Shown here: positions 47,555-57,474 of the stretch, in pieces | How positions within the stretch are numbered: position 1 is the stretch's first letter | How the letters are laid out: each line of letters begins with the position of its first letter | From: an uncultured Bdellovibrionales bacterium | GTDB lineage: Bacteria; Patescibacteriota; Minisyncoccia; Moranbacterales; UBA1568 | Reading direction: 5' to 3' | Assembly: GCA_964543815.1 (NCBI GenBank) | Contig: CAZIZG010000004.1 | Coordinates: forward strand, 5,438-69,437 | DNA: 64,000 bases | Notes under the pieces: generated by a model | What the model saw: the letters and a program-made list of their open reading frames with translations, nothing else | What the model was told of the DNA's origin: nothing | The model's database searches: none | Program-made: the position numbers and the translations under genes

Positions 47555-47604
47555 ACCCTGCGTAATTTCGCGAAGCAGATTGGCTCTGCCAGATTACACA
47601 GGGT
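47555..47604. repeat. Third inverted-repeat pair (50-bp REP/MITE-like hairpin)
   Basis: ACCCTGCGTAAT 47555-47566 (one mismatch) and ATTACACAGGGT 47593-47604. Confidence 0.7.
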
Positions 47605-47642
47605 AAAGATTCTATTTCATTGATATTCTTGTGATTCTGAAG

Positions 47643-48821
47643 CTAGTAAATGTAGCCCTTGATAACTCGGCTCGATCCAGAGAGGGTACGAGAACTCTTT
47701 TTTCCCCAACCCACATAATTCATCTCAGAAACCGTAATCATGCCGTTACTCACTTTCTCTACCAAAGCCACATGACCGTAGTAGCGATTTTCTGTAGTCA
47801 CCACCATGGCACCCACCGCTGGCGTTCGGCCGGTTCGATATCCCATCGCTTTGGCATTATAGAGCCAGGCACCAGCATTGCCACTCCATGGAACGTACCG
47901 CTTCTGAGCTACATACCAAGTACAGTAACCATAAGGAAACCGATGTCCCGTTCCTGCTTTGCCATCAAGTTTACGAAAACCGGAAGAAATATCAGTCGCC
48001 GTCCCTCCTGTCGAGGTAGCATACTGGCGCCGTTCCAAGCCACCGTCAGTAGCTGGCTTAGGCACCTCATCCTTCTTACCATCAGGAATGATGATGAGTT
48101 CCCCAACTTGTAATTCACCATTAGCCGGTAACTCATTAAAAGAAATGATTTTTTCCTTATTTGCCTTGTATTTGGCAGCAATTGAATCAATCGTATCACC
48201 CGATTTGACGGCATAGGACAGTCCAGCCACCGGCAAAATAAAGATTTGATCGCCCGGTTTAATCTGATCAACGTTATCCAAATCATTCGCCCACAGAATC
48301 GTGTTGACAGTAATACCATTTTGGGCCGCGATGCCACTAACCGTGTCACCCGATTTGACCGTATAAATCTTAACGCCTCCGTCTTCTTCGGGATCCTTGG
48401 CAATAGAAGAGCCAGCCTGTGAAGAAAGCATAATCTGGCCTTCAAGGGCACTGCTCTGCATATCAAAAAGCGAAATATCATCCTTTTGCTCCGGATCAAC
48501 CACGCTTGCCACGCTTCCCAAGGGCACCAGAGACAAATTTTCTTTTTTGCTCACTTGGGCCGCGATGCGATGCTTCGTGGTCGGAGTACTTTCAGCAGAA
48601 GCATTTGTTCCGTTTACATAGCCGAAAAGAAGACTCTCTGAATCCTTGCCTTGGGTAAAGTTGCTCACGGAAACCAGGAGAGCGCTTGAAGTGACGATTG
48701 AAAAGGCTGAGTAGCTCCGAAACAGCCGGACCACACGATAGCCAGAAATTTCTTTGATGAAATGGAGGAAGCGAGTTTGGAGACGATGGATGCGCGTATG
48801 TAAGACACGAAAAGAGGCTAT
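47643..48821 (-). CDS. Double-LysM plus CHAP peptidoglycan hydrolase
   Basis: Two YxVKSGDT LysM domains; FPYGYCTWYV..WSGNAGAW..YGHVALVE..SEMNY; start proposed at ATA 48821 (first canonical start is GTG 48734). Confidence 0.9.
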   Translation of the reverse strand: MASFRVLHTRIHRLQTRFLHFIKEISGYRVVRLFRSYSAFSIVTSSALLVSVSNFTQGKDSESLLFGYVNGTNASAESTPTTKHRIAAQVSKKENLSLVPLGSVASVVDPEQKDDISLFDMQSSALEGQIMLSSQAGSSIAKDPEEDGGVKIYTVKSGDTVSGIAAQNGITVNTILWANDLDNVDQIKPGDQIFILPVAGLSYAVKSGDTIDSIAAKYKANKEKIISFNELPANGELQVGELIIIPDGKKDEVPKPATDGGLERRQYATSTGGTATDISSGFRKLDGKAGTGHRFPYGYCTWYVAQKRYVPWSGNAGAWLYNAKAMGYRTGRTPAVGAMVVTTENRYYGHVALVEKVSNGMITVSEMNYVGWGKKSSRTLSGSSRVIKGYIY

Positions 48822-49013
48822 ACGACCTCCTTTTTCCTGTCCAATAAGAACGCCCCGCCAGAATTGACGAGCCTGTTTACCTATGGCAGAAAAGAAAAGC
48901 TTAGTACGAATAAAACCATTGCCTTTCGATTGATAAAAGGGCTGAGAACGAAATTTTCGTACCTTCCGAAAACAGCGCTCATCACCACTTTTACCCTAAT
49001 TTTTACAAAGGTC

Positions 49014-49042
49014 AGTATAGCTTTTGATAGGGCTTCCGTCAA
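49014..49042 (-). promoter_or_regulatory. Sigma70 promoter for the LysM-CHAP gene
   Basis: TTGACG-17 nt-TATACT. Confidence 0.65.
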
Positions 49043-49207
49043 GCAAAAAATAGCCTGTTTTCTAAAATATTGCTTTATTTAAAGCATTTTTTTAGTGTAT
49101 AACTCTAGCCATATTTGGATGATTTCAATGCCCAGAGCCAGTACCTGTTTTCTCTGTCCCATCTCCGACCCATGATACAATACACTTGTTTATATCCACC
49201 AAAGCGC

Positions 49208-50164
49208 ATGACCCCCTTCGAAAAACCAAACCATCCTGTTGAAATTCTGGCGAAGCGTTTTCTTGAACATTTGGAAATTGAGCTTTCCCGATCACCCCGC
49301 ACCCTCGAAAGCTATGGCCGAGTCCTTCGAGCTTTTTTCACTTGGGGTACCATTGTCACACCATCGGATATCACTTCTGAAGTAGTGCGTGAATACCGTA
49401 TCCACCTCAACCGTCAGGTGAACCGCCGGGGAGACCGGCTGAAAAAAAATACTCAATCCTACCACGCTATTGTACTTCGTACCTTTCTCAAGTATCTCGC
49501 CAAACAGGATGTGGCCGTTCTCCCAGCCGAAAAAATCGAAGTAGGGAAGGCTGAAGACCGTCAAATTGACTTCTTAGAATACGATGAGGTACGTCACCTC
49601 ATCGAGTCAAGTACTGGCAAAAACCCGAGGAATCTCAGAGATCAAGCTATACTTGAACTTCTTTTCTCATCTGGACTACGCGTCTCTGAGCTTGTTTCTC
49701 TTGATCGCCAACACCTCAATCTTGAAAAAGAAGAGTTCAGCGTTCGGGGTAAGGGTAGAAAATTACGTATCGTTTTCATTTCTCCGGAAGCAAAGAAGGC
49801 GCTCGAACGCTACCTCGCAGTACGTTCAGACGTTGATCCAGCTCTTTTTATCGCCTATCCCAAAAAAGGCCTAGTAAATACTCAGGCCGGTAAACGTGAC
49901 ACTCTTCGACTCACTCCTCGTAGTATTGCCCGCATTGTGAAATACTATGCCACCAAAGCCGGTATCATAAAGGATGTTCATCCGCACACTCTACGCCACA
50001 GCTTCGCTACAGATCTCCTGGTCAATGGCGCGGACATTAGAAGCGTCCAGGCCATGCTTGGTCATGCTTCCATTACTACTACTCAAATCTATACTCATAT
50101 CACCAACGAACGGCTCAAGGAAGTACACCGATCATTCCACGCTAAAAGAAAAAAGAAGTCCTAG
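49208..50164 (+). CDS. XerC/XerD-family tyrosine recombinase
   Basis: RDQAILELLFSSGLRVSEL, GKG.K.R, HPHTLRHSFATDLL, MLGH..ITTTQIYT. Confidence 0.93.
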   Translation: MTPFEKPNHPVEILAKRFLEHLEIELSRSPRTLESYGRVLRAFFTWGTIVTPSDITSEVVREYRIHLNRQVNRRGDRLKKNTQSYHAIVLRTFLKYLAKQDVAVLPAEKIEVGKAEDRQIDFLEYDEVRHLIESSTGKNPRNLRDQAILELLFSSGLRVSELVSLDRQHLNLEKEEFSVRGKGRKLRIVFISPEAKKALERYLAVRSDVDPALFIAYPKKGLVNTQAGKRDTLRLTPRSIARIVKYYATKAGIIKDVHPHTLRHSFATDLLVNGADIRSVQAMLGHASITTTQIYTHITNERLKEVHRSFHAKRKKKS

Positions 50165-50175
50165 GACTTCTTTTT
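50150..50175. terminator. Palindromic bidirectional terminator between xer and pcrA
   Basis: AAAAAGAAGTCCT/AGGACTTCTTTTT. Confidence 0.6.
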
Positions 50176-50178
50176 AAT

Positions 50179-52431
50179 TTAAAGTTTTTTGAGGGGCGCT
50201 ACCCCCAGCATCATTTTTTTAACACCAGACCGTTTAAAGGCGATCGTGGCAAGAGTTCCCGAAAGAGACACAATGAGTCCGCCGCCAAACTGCGGATGCT
50301 CAACCATATCACCTGGCCGCACATCCCCTAGAGTAAGTGGCTTTATTTCTTCGTTATTCCCACTGCTTTCAGTTCGTTTCAATGCCTCTTTGAGAGATCC
50401 GACCTTTTTGGTAGCAACGGGAAACGTATGAAATGATTGTCGGAAGTGCCGCTTACCCATCATCCCAGAACGTTTCAGCTCCCGTTCTTCGATAAGATGA
50501 TTCGGTATCTCCGTGAGAAATCGTGACGGTGGGTTGACCTGAGTCGAACCAAAAATGGTGCGCTGTTCGGTATAAAGGAGATAAACACGTTCTTTGGCTC
50601 GGGTAAGGCCAACATACATGAGACGGCGCTCTTCTTCCATCTCTGCTGGTGAAAGAGCACTGCGGGAATGCGGAAAAACGCCCTCTTCCAGACCAAGGAT
50701 GAAAACAACAGGAAATTCCAACCCCTTGGCGCTGTGCACTGTCATCACATGGACAGCATCGCTTTCTCGATGAATTTCATCCGTATCAGAAGAAAGTGCC
50801 ACTTCTTCCAAAAATCGTTCCAGTGCCTGATCAAGAGACGATTCCTGATACTTTTGTGCCACCGAAAGAAGCTCTCGGACGTTTTCTTGACGAACTTCTC
50901 CCTCGCTCGTTCCATCAGCCAGGTTTTCAAAATATCCACTTTCCCGGGTCAGGATATCAAGAAGTTCGGGTAATTTCATATCAGTCCGAGCTTCCATCAT
51001 TGATCGTGTCTTGAGGAAAATATCAGCAAACTGCTGGATTGATTTAATCTTTCCGTCCCGAAGCTCACTCTCGCTGTTTAAAGCATAGGCTGCTTCCATT
51101 ACACTCATGTCCCGAGAGCGAGCAAAATCAATCCAACGATTGAGTGTCGCCTGACCAATTCCTCTTTTTGGTTCATTGACAATGCGCTCTAAAGCCAGTA
51201 CGTCTTTGGGATTTTGAAATAAACGCACATAGGCAATGACATCCTTTATTTCCTTACGTTGATAAAATTTGAGTCCCCCGACGATACGATAATTAATCGA
51301 GAAGCGCAGAAACATTTCCTCTACCATGCGCGACTGGGCATTCGTTCGATAGAGCACCGCAAAGTTACTCGCCGTTCGTCCCTGTCGCAGTCCTTCTTGA
51401 ATCACTTCTGCGACGAAACGTGCTTCGGCCTCCTCATCCTCGGCCGGACAGAGCGTGATGAGGTCTCCAGCTTTGGTTTCTGTCCAAAGTTTTTTATGCC
51501 GTTGATTCTTATTTTTTTCAATTACTCCATGGGCAGCATCAAGAATAACCTGGGTAGAGCGGTAGTTCTGATCAAGCACAATAACAGCCGCTTCCGGATA
51601 ATCCTTCTCAAAATTCAAAATATTGCGAATATCTGCTTGCCGCCAACCATAGATAGACTGATAATCATCACCGATGACAAAAATATTACCGTGCTTCGAG
51701 GCCAGCTGATGAATAAGGGTGTATTGGAGTGAATTGGTATCTTGATACTCATCTACCATAATGTACTGAAAAAGTGTTTGATACTTCTCGAGAGCATCCG
51801 GGTAATCATGGAAAAGTTTAACGGTAAGACGAATCATGTCGTCAAAATCCAAAGAGTTGGTATTTTTAAGTTCTTTCTGATAGCGCTCGTAGACTTTGGC
51901 GGCCAACTCTTCATAGTAACTCCCTGTCTGAAGCAAATACTGGTCGGGTTCCATTTGTGCATTCTTGGCTCGGGAGATAGCTTCGAGAAGCGAACGAGGC
52001 CGAATCTGGTCCGGGTCCATCTCGAGCTCCTTCATGGCTTTTTTGACTATAGACTGCTGATCCTGATCATCGATAATATTGAAATTACGACCGTACCCCA
52101 ATATCTCAATCTCACGACGCAATATCTTGGCACAAATGTTGTGAAAAGTTCCAATATGAGGTGGCAACACGAGTGCTCCATACTCAGCTGCTTCACTCTC
52201 TTGGAGTAGACGCTCGATACGTTCTCGCATCTCCTGGGCGGCCTTATTAGTAAAAGTAACGGCCAGTATCCGTTCTGGGTTGACCCGTTTCTCCTCAATG
52301 AGATAGGCAATACGATGTGTTAAGGTCTTGGTTTTGCCTGAGCCAGCTCCGGCCAATATCAAAACTGCCCCCTCCGTTTGAAGTACGGCTCGCCGCTGTT
52401 CTGAGTTCAGCCCTTTTTCCCAAAATTTCAT
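50179..52431 (-). CDS. pcrA: PcrA/UvrD ATP-dependent DNA helicase
   Basis: AGAGSGKT, VDEYQD, GDDYQSIYGWR, HSAKGLEF, EERRLMYVGLTRA. Confidence 0.96.
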   Translation of the reverse strand: MKFWEKGLNSEQRRAVLQTEGAVLILAGAGSGKTKTLTHRIAYLIEEKRVNPERILAVTFTNKAAQEMRERIERLLQESEAAEYGALVLPPHIGTFHNICAKILRREIEILGYGRNFNIIDDQDQQSIVKKAMKELEMDPDQIRPRSLLEAISRAKNAQMEPDQYLLQTGSYYEELAAKVYERYQKELKNTNSLDFDDMIRLTVKLFHDYPDALEKYQTLFQYIMVDEYQDTNSLQYTLIHQLASKHGNIFVIGDDYQSIYGWRQADIRNILNFEKDYPEAAVIVLDQNYRSTQVILDAAHGVIEKNKNQRHKKLWTETKAGDLITLCPAEDEEAEARFVAEVIQEGLRQGRTASNFAVLYRTNAQSRMVEEMFLRFSINYRIVGGLKFYQRKEIKDVIAYVRLFQNPKDVLALERIVNEPKRGIGQATLNRWIDFARSRDMSVMEAAYALNSESELRDGKIKSIQQFADIFLKTRSMMEARTDMKLPELLDILTRESGYFENLADGTSEGEVRQENVRELLSVAQKYQESSLDQALERFLEEVALSSDTDEIHRESDAVHVMTVHSAKGLEFPVVFILGLEEGVFPHSRSALSPAEMEEERRLMYVGLTRAKERVYLLYTEQRTIFGSTQVNPPSRFLTEIPNHLIEERELKRSGMMGKRHFRQSFHTFPVATKKVGSLKEALKRTESSGNNEEIKPLTLGDVRPGDMVEHPQFGGGLIVSLSGTLATIAFKRSGVKKMMLGVAPLKKL

Positions 52432-52503
52432 AGACGTTTCATCATTTTAGCATATTGAGTAACAACCCTCTAGACTCGGAGAAAATGTGTTAGAATACCT
52501 CGT

Positions 52504-54141
52504 ATGAAAGCCTTCTTGCTTAGTTTCATACGTCGTATCGAAGCGTCACCATTGACGTTGGTTTCGTTTACCATTAGTTTCCTCGCTCTCATTCTTGCAC
52601 GACTCACCGTAGAGAGTGCCCTAGGATTTTTTACTGAACGCACTTTCTTTTTTCTCTTCTTTGAACTCACTCATACCCTTCTCTTTTTTCTGTGTTCCTT
52701 TTTGATTATTATCCCCATTGTCCGCTATGCCGGGGCGGATAATCTCAAACAAGCCTGCAATGTACTTCTTTTTGGTTTTCTCATTATTTTGACACCCCCG
52801 ATTATTGATACCTATATTTTTCGTGACAGCACCTTCTGGAGCTTCTATGAATTTGATGGTCTCAACGGATTAATAATTCGCTTCTTTACTCTCTTTGGGG
52901 ATACACCAGATATTGGCATCACCTATGGCGTACGGATTGAAGTAGTTTTTGTGACTCTTGCTTTGTCGCTTTATGCCATTCTCAAGACAAAAAAAATGAC
53001 TCGGGCTTTGGCAGTGGCCTTTCTCACTTACCTTGCCCTCTTTATTCTTGGTACCTTTCCTTCATGGGTTACGCTCTTCACACTCTCATTTGAAAAGGGC
53101 CTCATGGCCATCCGTGATACCGATGTCGCCGCCCTCTTTCTTACTCCGAAGCAGGTTCTGGGTCGAGATTTATCTGATTTTCGCAGCGTTCTCAACTTTA
53201 AAATGAGCCTCGTCTACGGATTACTCTCTAGTTTTTTGGTGTCGCTGTATCTCTGGAAACATCTTCCTCGTCACCTACGGGCTTTAGCCTACAATGCCCG
53301 CGTACCACAACTTTGTTATCATGCTGGACTTCTCTTTTTAGGCATGATTTTGTCAGTTATTTTTTCGAATGGACATATCAGATTTGAACTCTTTGATATT
53401 CTTGGCATTTCACTCTTACTTATTGCTGTCGAATGTGCCTGGATAGCCTCAGTCATCGCTAATGACCTCTATGATACAGTTATTGATTCTGTTACCAATC
53501 CACATCGTCCCCTCATTGAAGCAACCATCCCACCAGAAACGTATCGGTGGTATGGATTCTTTTTCTTTGGCGCCTCACTCCTCCTTGCTGGAATTATCAG
53601 TTTTGGAGCACTCCTTCTCCTTCTTGCCTATCAAGCGCTCGCCTGGCTCTACTCCGCCCCACCACTTCGTCTCAAACAATATCCCGGATTAGCAACACTT
53701 ATTGCGGCCTGTGCCGGCATCCTTATTTTAGTTACGGGGTTTGTTTCAGTTGGGCTCACTCGTGACATCACAGCTCTGCCACTCCCCCTTCTTACCTATC
53801 TTTTTTTTGCCTATTTCCTAGCCATCCCCATTAAGGACTTTAAGGATATCGCTGGAGATAAAAAAGATGGGGTACACACCATCCCAGTTCTCTTAGGAGA
53901 ATCCTTCGGTAAACATGTCATCGGCAGCTGCCTCTTTCTTCTCTTTGCTGGAAGTCCGTTAGTACTTCATGCTCCCTCTCTTTTTCTGCCGGCACTTTTT
54001 TTTGGTAGCCTCGCTTTTCTAGCGCTTGAAAAAGGCACTGCTCAAGAAGTTGATTTTTTTGCCTACCGAAAACTTCCCGGTATTATTCTTGGCATTACGA
54101 CCTTATATGGACTCTGTATTTCCCTGGTTCTTCTAGGCTAA
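52504..54141 (+). CDS. UbiA-family prenyltransferase with extra N-terminal membrane domain
   Basis: NDLYD..ID..TNPHRPL, YSAPPLRLK, KDFKDIAGDKKDG..TIP. Confidence 0.85.
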   Translation: MKAFLLSFIRRIEASPLTLVSFTISFLALILARLTVESALGFFTERTFFFLFFELTHTLLFFLCSFLIIIPIVRYAGADNLKQACNVLLFGFLIILTPPIIDTYIFRDSTFWSFYEFDGLNGLIIRFFTLFGDTPDIGITYGVRIEVVFVTLALSLYAILKTKKMTRALAVAFLTYLALFILGTFPSWVTLFTLSFEKGLMAIRDTDVAALFLTPKQVLGRDLSDFRSVLNFKMSLVYGLLSSFLVSLYLWKHLPRHLRALAYNARVPQLCYHAGLLFLGMILSVIFSNGHIRFELFDILGISLLLIAVECAWIASVIANDLYDTVIDSVTNPHRPLIEATIPPETYRWYGFFFFGASLLLAGIISFGALLLLLAYQALAWLYSAPPLRLKQYPGLATLIAACAGILILVTGFVSVGLTRDITALPLPLLTYLFFAYFLAIPIKDFKDIAGDKKDGVHTIPVLLGESFGKHVIGSCLFLLFAGSPLVLHAPSLFLPALFFGSLAFLALEKGTAQEVDFFAYRKLPGIILGITTLYGLCISLVLLG

Positions 54142-54957
54142 ATCCTGTTCCTTTTTATTCCATACATCAACGAGTCGCTCCCAATCATCAACAGAAAGAG
54201 CCTGAGCCCGAATATCTGCTCGTAAACCAGCGGACCGTAGGCACTCTTCAACCAGAGGACGCGAGAGGGAGAAACTCGTCGCAAGGTTGTTAGCTAATGT
54301 CTTCCGACGAGCCGCGAATCCCACCCGAACCAACCGAAAAAATCTGCGATCGTTTTCCAAATTATATACCCTCTTCGGATACAGGGTGATGATGGCGCTG
54401 TCCACATTAGGCACTGGATCAAAAGCGGTCCTAGGAACAAATAGCCTCTTTTCAACCTGAGCATAGTACTGCGCCATAACAGAAAGGAGGCTCATGGCTC
54501 CCGGCTTGGCAGCAAGCCGCTCTGCCACTTCATCCTGCACCATCAGGGTCAGTGAGTGAGGTTGTGTCCGAAGTGAAAGTAACGTCCGAATAATGGGGGC
54601 GGTTATATAATACGGTATATTGGCAATAATTTTGTACGGCTGCACGACAAACCCGGATGATTCTAAAATCTCTTCTATATTGATACGAAGAATGTCCCCC
54701 GCCAAAATGGTTACTCTTTTTGAATCAACAAACTGACTCTGTAGTCGGGCCGCCAGATCTTGGTCAATTTCAATAGCCAGTAATCGCTTCACTCGACTCG
54801 CCAGCTTCATAGTAAGAGCTCCGGTACCGGGACCAATTTCAAAGACCCAGTCAGTTGGGGTTACCTCTGCCACAAAAAAGATTTCATCAATAACTGATTC
54901 GTCTTTGAGAAAATTCTGGCCTAAGTGTTTTTTCGCTACCACTTTTTTCATACGCAC
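54133..54957 (-). CDS. rsmA: 16S rRNA adenine dimethyltransferase
   Basis: KKHLGQNFL, EIGPGTG, ANIPYYIT, F.P.P.VDS. Confidence 0.96.
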   Translation of the reverse strand: MRMKKVVAKKHLGQNFLKDESVIDEIFFVAEVTPTDWVFEIGPGTGALTMKLASRVKRLLAIEIDQDLAARLQSQFVDSKRVTILAGDILRINIEEILESSGFVVQPYKIIANIPYYITAPIIRTLLSLRTQPHSLTLMVQDEVAERLAAKPGAMSLLSVMAQYYAQVEKRLFVPRTAFDPVPNVDSAIITLYPKRVYNLENDRRFFRLVRVGFAARRKTLANNLATSFSLSRPLVEECLRSAGLRADIRAQALSVDDWERLVDVWNKKEQDLA

Positions 54958-54959
54958 TC

Positions 54960-55925
54960 CTAGTTAACAATTTCCTCCATTTTCACAGATATTACTCCGG
55001 CACCCGGAGAGGCAATTTTAGCAAAAGCCACTTTGTCGAGATCAATGATTCGACCAGGCACAAATGGTCCTCGATCATTAATAACTACAATAACACTCTT
55101 TCCATTCTCCAAGTTGGTCACTTTAACATAACTTCCTTTCGGAAGCCAGGGGTTAGCAGCGGCTAATGTCCCCGTAAAAGCGTACCATGACGCTGCACCC
55201 GTATGACTTTTCCCGAGTTTTACAAAAGTGCCCTGAGTAACAATCTCCGGGACTGGCTCCTTTATTCGTTCGCTTCCCACTAATTTTCGATTTACCTCTT
55301 TCCCATCATGAGTACTCACCCGATACGTTAACCGATCTATACCCTTCTCTCCCTTCTGAGTCACTATAGTTTTACGCCAGGAAAGCTCATTATCTTCAAT
55401 TGTTTTCTTTTCAAAAGGAATCGTTTTTTCCATCGCTTGTTCTTCTACAACCACCCGCGTCACAGTAATTTCCTGGCCCTGAAAAGAAAAGTCTTCACGA
55501 TTTGGTTTAACGATATCATCATCATCAAGTGAGATGCCAGCTTCAGTAAGTGCCTCCGCAACAGAAACTCCTAACACTGAGAGCTTTTTTGACCCACCAT
55601 CCATATGAACCGTAACATCATGTACCCGCCTAACTATAATCGTCATCCCAGAAGTCAACCGCGTACGAATATCCGGAAAAACTGTTTCCTGTTCTTTGAG
55701 GGGAAATTTATTTTTATTTAAAAATTCCCCGACAGTACCTTCGGCCACATCATCAAAAATAACGGGAAATCCATTTTCCAGTACCACAATTCTTTTGGGC
55801 ACCCCAGCAAAATAATCAGGCTTTTCTTGAAAGAAAAAGAAGCTCCCACCGGTACTAAGTAGGAGAATCATCATAATTGGCACTATTCTTCGTATTTTCA
55901 ATTTTATCAACCGTTTACGCCACAT
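54960..55925 (-). CDS. DUF348/G5 plus RlpA-like (DPBB) cell-wall protein
   Basis: QKGEKG..EPV..IV..GT G5 domain; GAASWY..VINDRGPF...RIIDL. Confidence 0.85.
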   Translation of the reverse strand: MWRKRLIKLKIRRIVPIMMILLLSTGGSFFFFQEKPDYFAGVPKRIVVLENGFPVIFDDVAEGTVGEFLNKNKFPLKEQETVFPDIRTRLTSGMTIIVRRVHDVTVHMDGGSKKLSVLGVSVAEALTEAGISLDDDDIVKPNREDFSFQGQEITVTRVVVEEQAMEKTIPFEKKTIEDNELSWRKTIVTQKGEKGIDRLTYRVSTHDGKEVNRKLVGSERIKEPVPEIVTQGTFVKLGKSHTGAASWYAFTGTLAAANPWLPKGSYVKVTNLENGKSVIVVINDRGPFVPGRIIDLDKVAFAKIASPGAGVISVKMEEIVN

Positions 55926-55930
55926 GATAA

Positions 55931-57451
55931 CTATTCCTTAAAGCGATATTGGAGCGCCTCAGCAATGTGTGATATACGTATGTCCTGCGCGCCCTCCAAA
56001 TCAGCAATGGTACGGGCTACTTTGAGTATCCGCATATACCCACGTGCAGACAAACGAAGCCTACTGACAGCTTCTCGTAGCATGGTTCGTGAGGCCTCAT
56101 CAAGAACACAGACGTCCTTAACCACCTGACTCCCCATCTCAGCATTGGTATAAAATTTTTTTTCTGCAAATCGCTCTTTTTGCCTTGCTCGCGCCTGTTC
56201 CACCCGAGTCCGGATAACCCGACTTGATTCACCTAATACTCCCCCTTGATCCAATTTTTCAATCTTAAGGCGAGGCACTTCAACATGAAGATCAATCCGA
56301 TCCATAATTGGCCCCGAAATCTTGAGTCGATAACGATTTGCTTGGGAAGGAGCACAAGCGCAAACCCGCTCCGGATCACCAGCATATCCACACGGACACG
56401 GATTCATCGCTGCTACCAACATAAACCGTGCTGGGAAACGAAGCGACCCCTTGGCCCGAGATACCGTTACCTGCCCATCCTCAAGCGGCTGACGTAAATT
56501 TTCCAAAACTGCCCGCGAAAATTCCGCAAACTCATCAAGGAAAAGAACTCCTCGATGAGCCAAACTGATCTCACCAGGGCGAGGATAAGTTCCACCACCA
56601 ACCAATGAAACAGCACTTGCTGTGTGGTGTGGTGCTCGAAATGGACGCTTCGTTACCAACACATCTCCACGAGAGAGTTTTCCAGCAACGGAAAAAATCT
56701 TTGTTACTTCAAGACTCTCCGCGAAATCAAGCTTGGGTAAAATAGTAGGCAGCGTCTGAGCGAGTAACGTCTTACCACTTCCGGGAGGGCCAACAAAGAG
56801 GATATTGTGTCCACCAGCGGCAGCAATCTCGAGGGCGCGCTTGGCATGCTCCTGCCCCCGTACGTAGGCCATATCTGTTTCCTCTTCCAAGTTCTCGGTA
56901 TCGTCTGGTTGATACACAAAGGGCGTAATGGACGTCTCGCCCCGTAAGTGTCCAATAAGCCGAAAGAGATTTGAAACGGGAAACACCGTAATGCCAGTCA
57001 CGAGCGCCGCCTCTTTAGCATTTTCTTCTGGGACATAAATCTCGGTAAATCCTGATTCCTGCGCAAAAAGAGTAATCGGTAATACCCCCTGAATACGCCT
57101 CACCATACCATCAAGTGCTAATTCACCAACAAACAACTTCTTTTCAACCGAGAATGAGAGCTGCTTTGTAGCCAAGAGAAAACCAAGCGCCATGGGCAGA
57201 TCGTAGATGGGAGTATTTTTTGGTAAATCAGCTGGAGCCAAATTGACCGTAATCCGCCCACTTTGGTGCGGCGGCTTAAACCCGCTATTCTTCAATGCAG
57301 CACTTACCCGATCACGTGATTCTTTGATGGCTGTATCGGGTAAACCGACCAAAGTGAACGCATGGAGACCCTGAGGCAACACATCCACTTCAACTTCGAC
57401 GAGGACGCTTTCAAGACCAACGGTGGCGGCAGAATAAACTTTTGCGGACAT
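55931..57451 (-). CDS. comM: YifB/ComM Mg-chelatase-like AAA+ ATPase
   Basis: VGLPD..ESRDRV, GPPGSGKT, PFRAPHH, PGEISLAHRGVLFLDE, ARTIADL. Confidence 0.95.
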   Translation of the reverse strand: MSAKVYSAATVGLESVLVEVEVDVLPQGLHAFTLVGLPDTAIKESRDRVSAALKNSGFKPPHQSGRITVNLAPADLPKNTPIYDLPMALGFLLATKQLSFSVEKKLFVGELALDGMVRRIQGVLPITLFAQESGFTEIYVPEENAKEAALVTGITVFPVSNLFRLIGHLRGETSITPFVYQPDDTENLEEETDMAYVRGQEHAKRALEIAAAGGHNILFVGPPGSGKTLLAQTLPTILPKLDFAESLEVTKIFSVAGKLSRGDVLVTKRPFRAPHHTASAVSLVGGGTYPRPGEISLAHRGVLFLDEFAEFSRAVLENLRQPLEDGQVTVSRAKGSLRFPARFMLVAAMNPCPCGYAGDPERVCACAPSQANRYRLKISGPIMDRIDLHVEVPRLKIEKLDQGGVLGESSRVIRTRVEQARARQKERFAEKKFYTNAEMGSQVVKDVCVLDEASRTMLREAVSRLRLSARGYMRILKVARTIADLEGAQDIRISHIAEALQYRFKE

Positions 57452-57474
57452 ACATCCGGCCATTACGAGGGATT

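Noticed and set aside
36723-50164. ICE or genomic island bounded by tRNA-Leu and the tyrosine recombinase
   Set aside because: I saw no duplicate of the tRNA 3' end near the recombinase and no relaxase or coupling protein. The recombinase looks like a housekeeping XerC/D.
30297-54141. Eukaryote-like CAAX prenylation pathway (UbiA, CPBP, ICMT)
   Set aside because: The genes are unlinked, UbiA enzymes are not protein prenyltransferases, and the CPBP appears inactive.
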